Shown here: positions 30,515 through 32,000 of the stretch, piece after piece
How positions within the stretch are numbered: the stretch's first letter is position 1
How the letters are laid out: every line of letters begins with the position of its first letter
NCBI RefSeq assembly: GCF_000014265.1
Contig: NC_008312.1
Span: forward strand, 3,570,001 to 3,602,000
DNA: 32,000 nucleotides
Direction: 5' to 3'
Origin: Trichodesmium erythraeum IMS101
GTDB lineage: Bacteria > Cyanobacteriota > Cyanobacteriia > Cyanobacteriales > Microcoleaceae
Made by a program: the position numbers and the translations under genes
Notes under the pieces: model-generated
Seen by the model: only the letters and a program-made list of their open reading frames with translations
Told to the model about the DNA's origin: nothing
Database searches by the model: none

Positions 30515-31087
30515 ATGGCTCTTATAGATATATGGGAAAAAAGCACTGAAATTAGGAAAGATGAGGTGCTACAGATTCACGAGACAGGTAAAGAAGAGAA
30601 GAAGCAAAGGCAAGATGTCATTGTTCAAAGGCAAAATGAGGTGCAAGTTATTCATAATGAAGCTTTAGAAGAGAAGAATCAAAGGCAAGACGTCATTGTT
30701 AAAAGGCAAAATGAGGTGCAAGTTATTCATAATGAAGCTTTAGAAGAGAAGAAGCAAAGGCAAGATGTCATTGTTGAAAGGCAAAATGATACAAAAGCTG
30801 ATCATGAAAAAGCTGTAGCAGATAAGTCCCAAAGGCAAGACGTCATTGTTCAAAGGCAAAATGATACGAAAGCTGATCATGAAAAAGCTGTAGCAGATAA
30901 GTCCCAAAGGCAAGATGTCATTGTTGAAAGGCAAAATGATACGAAAGCTGATCATGAAAAAGCTCTAGCTGACAAGAAGCAAAGGCAAGATGAAAAGGAT
31001 GAACGGAGATCCTACGTTTGGGGTTATAAAGCTGGAATTGAAACAAAACAAACGAGTAGTAATGATTCATATCAGCAAATAGCATAA
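30515..31087 (+). CDS. gvpC: GvpC-like gas vesicle outer-surface protein with 25-residue repeats
   Basis: It lies downstream of the gvpA array. The N-terminus MALIDIWEK and the C-terminal YVWG resemble remembered Microcystis GvpC (MALKDKWQQ..., ...VWG). The protein is highly charged and Gln-rich, with a helical-type composition, and carries five 25-aa tandem repeats. Confidence 0.6.
   Translation: MALIDIWEKSTEIRKDEVLQIHETGKEEKKQRQDVIVQRQNEVQVIHNEALEEKNQRQDVIVKRQNEVQVIHNEALEEKKQRQDVIVERQNDTKADHEKAVADKSQRQDVIVQRQNDTKADHEKAVADKSQRQDVIVERQNDTKADHEKALADKKQRQDEKDERRSYVWGYKAGIETKQTSSNDSYQQIA
30605..30979 (+). repeat. Five exact-period 75-bp coding repeats within the gvpC-like gene
   Basis: CAAAGGCAAGA(T/C)GTCATTGTT recurs at 30605, 30680, 30755, 30830 and 30905, with a partial sixth at 30980. 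There are two subtypes: ...NEVQVIHNEALEEK (repeats 1-2) and ...NDTKADHEKAVADK (repeats 3-5). Confidence 0.95.
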
Positions 31088-31146
31088 GCATCATGATCAT
31101 TGGAATGAATTAATTAATATAGTTTAGTTAAGGATTTCCTTTGACA

Positions 31147-31290
31147 GGTAGTTAAGAGCACAAAGTGTGGAAAAAGTAATTAAGTCGTTCCAGTTTCCTC
31201 GGAGCAGCTTCTGATTTCCCTCTTTGTGCTTCTTTACTCTATCTTCGACTATACATCTAAGTTTAGAATTGAGGTGTGCGCTTATTAAGC
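31147..31290 (+). mobile_element. Second solo relic of the IS1-like element end, in the same orientation
   Basis: GGTAGTTAAGAGCACAAAGTGTGGAAAAAGTAATTAAGTCGTTCCAGTTTCC aligns with the IS end. Similarity continues (CTCTTTGTGC..TCTTCGACTATACATC against CTCTTTGCGC..TCTTTGCGACTATGAACC). Confidence 0.6.
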
Positions 31291-31652
31291 TTAATTTTTA
31301 TTCTTTTGTATGGGATTTTATTAATAAATCTTCTGCCTGAATAATGATATAGAATAGAAGTATGGAAAAACTACAGAGGAGAATAATGATAAGTTTAGGA
31401 AACCAAACCTTAATTAATAAAATCCTAGCTAATTGTTATGAACTGTATGAAGTTATAGCGACCATTAAACAAAAAAAAAGATTTACAGTAAAAAAAAATT
31501 AATTTTATTACTGTAATAAAATATTATATGTACTATACTATAGGATATAGGAAAGAAAAAGAAAGAGAAACTTTTTTTTGATTAGATTTATTGTTTTCTA
31601 TGAATAAAAAAAAAATGTTAATTTCCTGTCACCCTTGATTTTAAAATAACTG

Positions 31653-32000
31653 ATGTATTCCTTTGATAATCTGAACTTAGTAATGTTTAGTGGCAAAGGA
31701 GGCGTGGGAAAAACTACAAATTCTTGTGCTTTTGCTGGCCATTGGGCAAAAAAATCTCCTAATGAAAAGGTCTTGTTAATTTCTACTGATCCTGCACACT
31801 CTTTAGGAGATGTATTGCAAATAAGTGTTACAGATACACCAAGACCTTTAGAAGATTTACCTAATCTTTTAGTCAGAGCTTTAGATGTTAATCTTCTGCT
31901 TGAAGAATTTAAAAAACGTTACGGCGATGTCCTAGAAGTAATTGTAGAGCGAGGTAGTTTTGTTGAGGGGGGAGACCTGACTCCAGTATGGGATTTAGAT
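31653..32000 (+). CDS. ArsA/Get3-family P-loop ATPase. Only the N-terminal 116 aa are present and it continues beyond the window.
   Basis: My translation is MYSFDNLNLVMFSGKGGVGKTTNSCAFAGHWAKKSPNEKVLLISTDPAHSLGDVLQ... It has the deviant Walker A GKGGVGKTT and the STDPAHSL motif typical of ArsA/Get3. The frame is open to position 32000. Confidence 0.75.
   Translation, partial: MYSFDNLNLVMFSGKGGVGKTTNSCAFAGHWAKKSPNEKVLLISTDPAHSLGDVLQISVTDTPRPLEDLPNLLVRALDVNLLLEEFKKRYGDVLEVIVERGSFVEGGDLTPVWDLD

Noticed and set aside
30740-31100. Track ORFs 30740..30955 and 30918..31100 (-)
   Set aside because: They are antisense translations of the 75-bp gvpC repeats. They are periodic only because the DNA is periodic.
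31362-31502. 46-codon ORF MEKLQRRIMISLGNQTLINKILANCYELYEVIATIKQKKRFTVKKN between the IS relic and the ArsA-like gene
   Set aside because: It has no RBS, no recognisable family, and sits in an AT-rich context where ORFs of this length arise by chance. There is not enough support to report it as a feature.

Overview
AT-rich cyanobacterial chromosome segment. The evidence is at least ten exact HIP1 octamers (GCGATCGC), psb30/ycf12 and a gas-vesicle locus. The large gene-free tracts full of repeats are reminiscent of Trichodesmium-like Oscillatoriales, but I cannot verify this without a search.

Positions 1-23.4 kb are mostly housekeeping genes: a YkgJ-like Cys-cluster protein, psb30, an OmpR-type response regulator, an MsbA-type ABC exporter, trpD, a retropepsin-like protease, carA, a STAS antagonist, mini-RNase III, rlmB, an alpha/beta hydrolase, ligA, an HD hydrolase, two RTX-repeat proteins and truB. 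These are interrupted by decay products and unusually structured non-coding DNA:
- a frameshifted methyltransferase
- an eroded IS605-type tnpB
- a 5-copy, roughly 255-bp tandem array in which every copy carries a sigma70-like promoter (4735-5917)
- MITE-like elements
- a GC-rich orphan island upstream of trpD

Positions 23.4-32 kb are accessory:
- two more tandem-repeat blocks
- a decayed IS1-family element with intact inverted repeats
- a decaying tandem array of gvpA units, with two intact genes and at least four eroded copies
- a gvpC-position gene built from 25-residue (75-bp) repeats instead of the canonical 33-residue repeat, bracketed by two relics of the same IS end
- a partial ArsA/Get3-type ATPase at the window edge

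The most interesting items are the non-canonical GvpC, the IS-framed and decaying gvpA array, and the promoter-bearing tandem array. All calls come from reading the sequence and from remembered family motifs. No database search was run.
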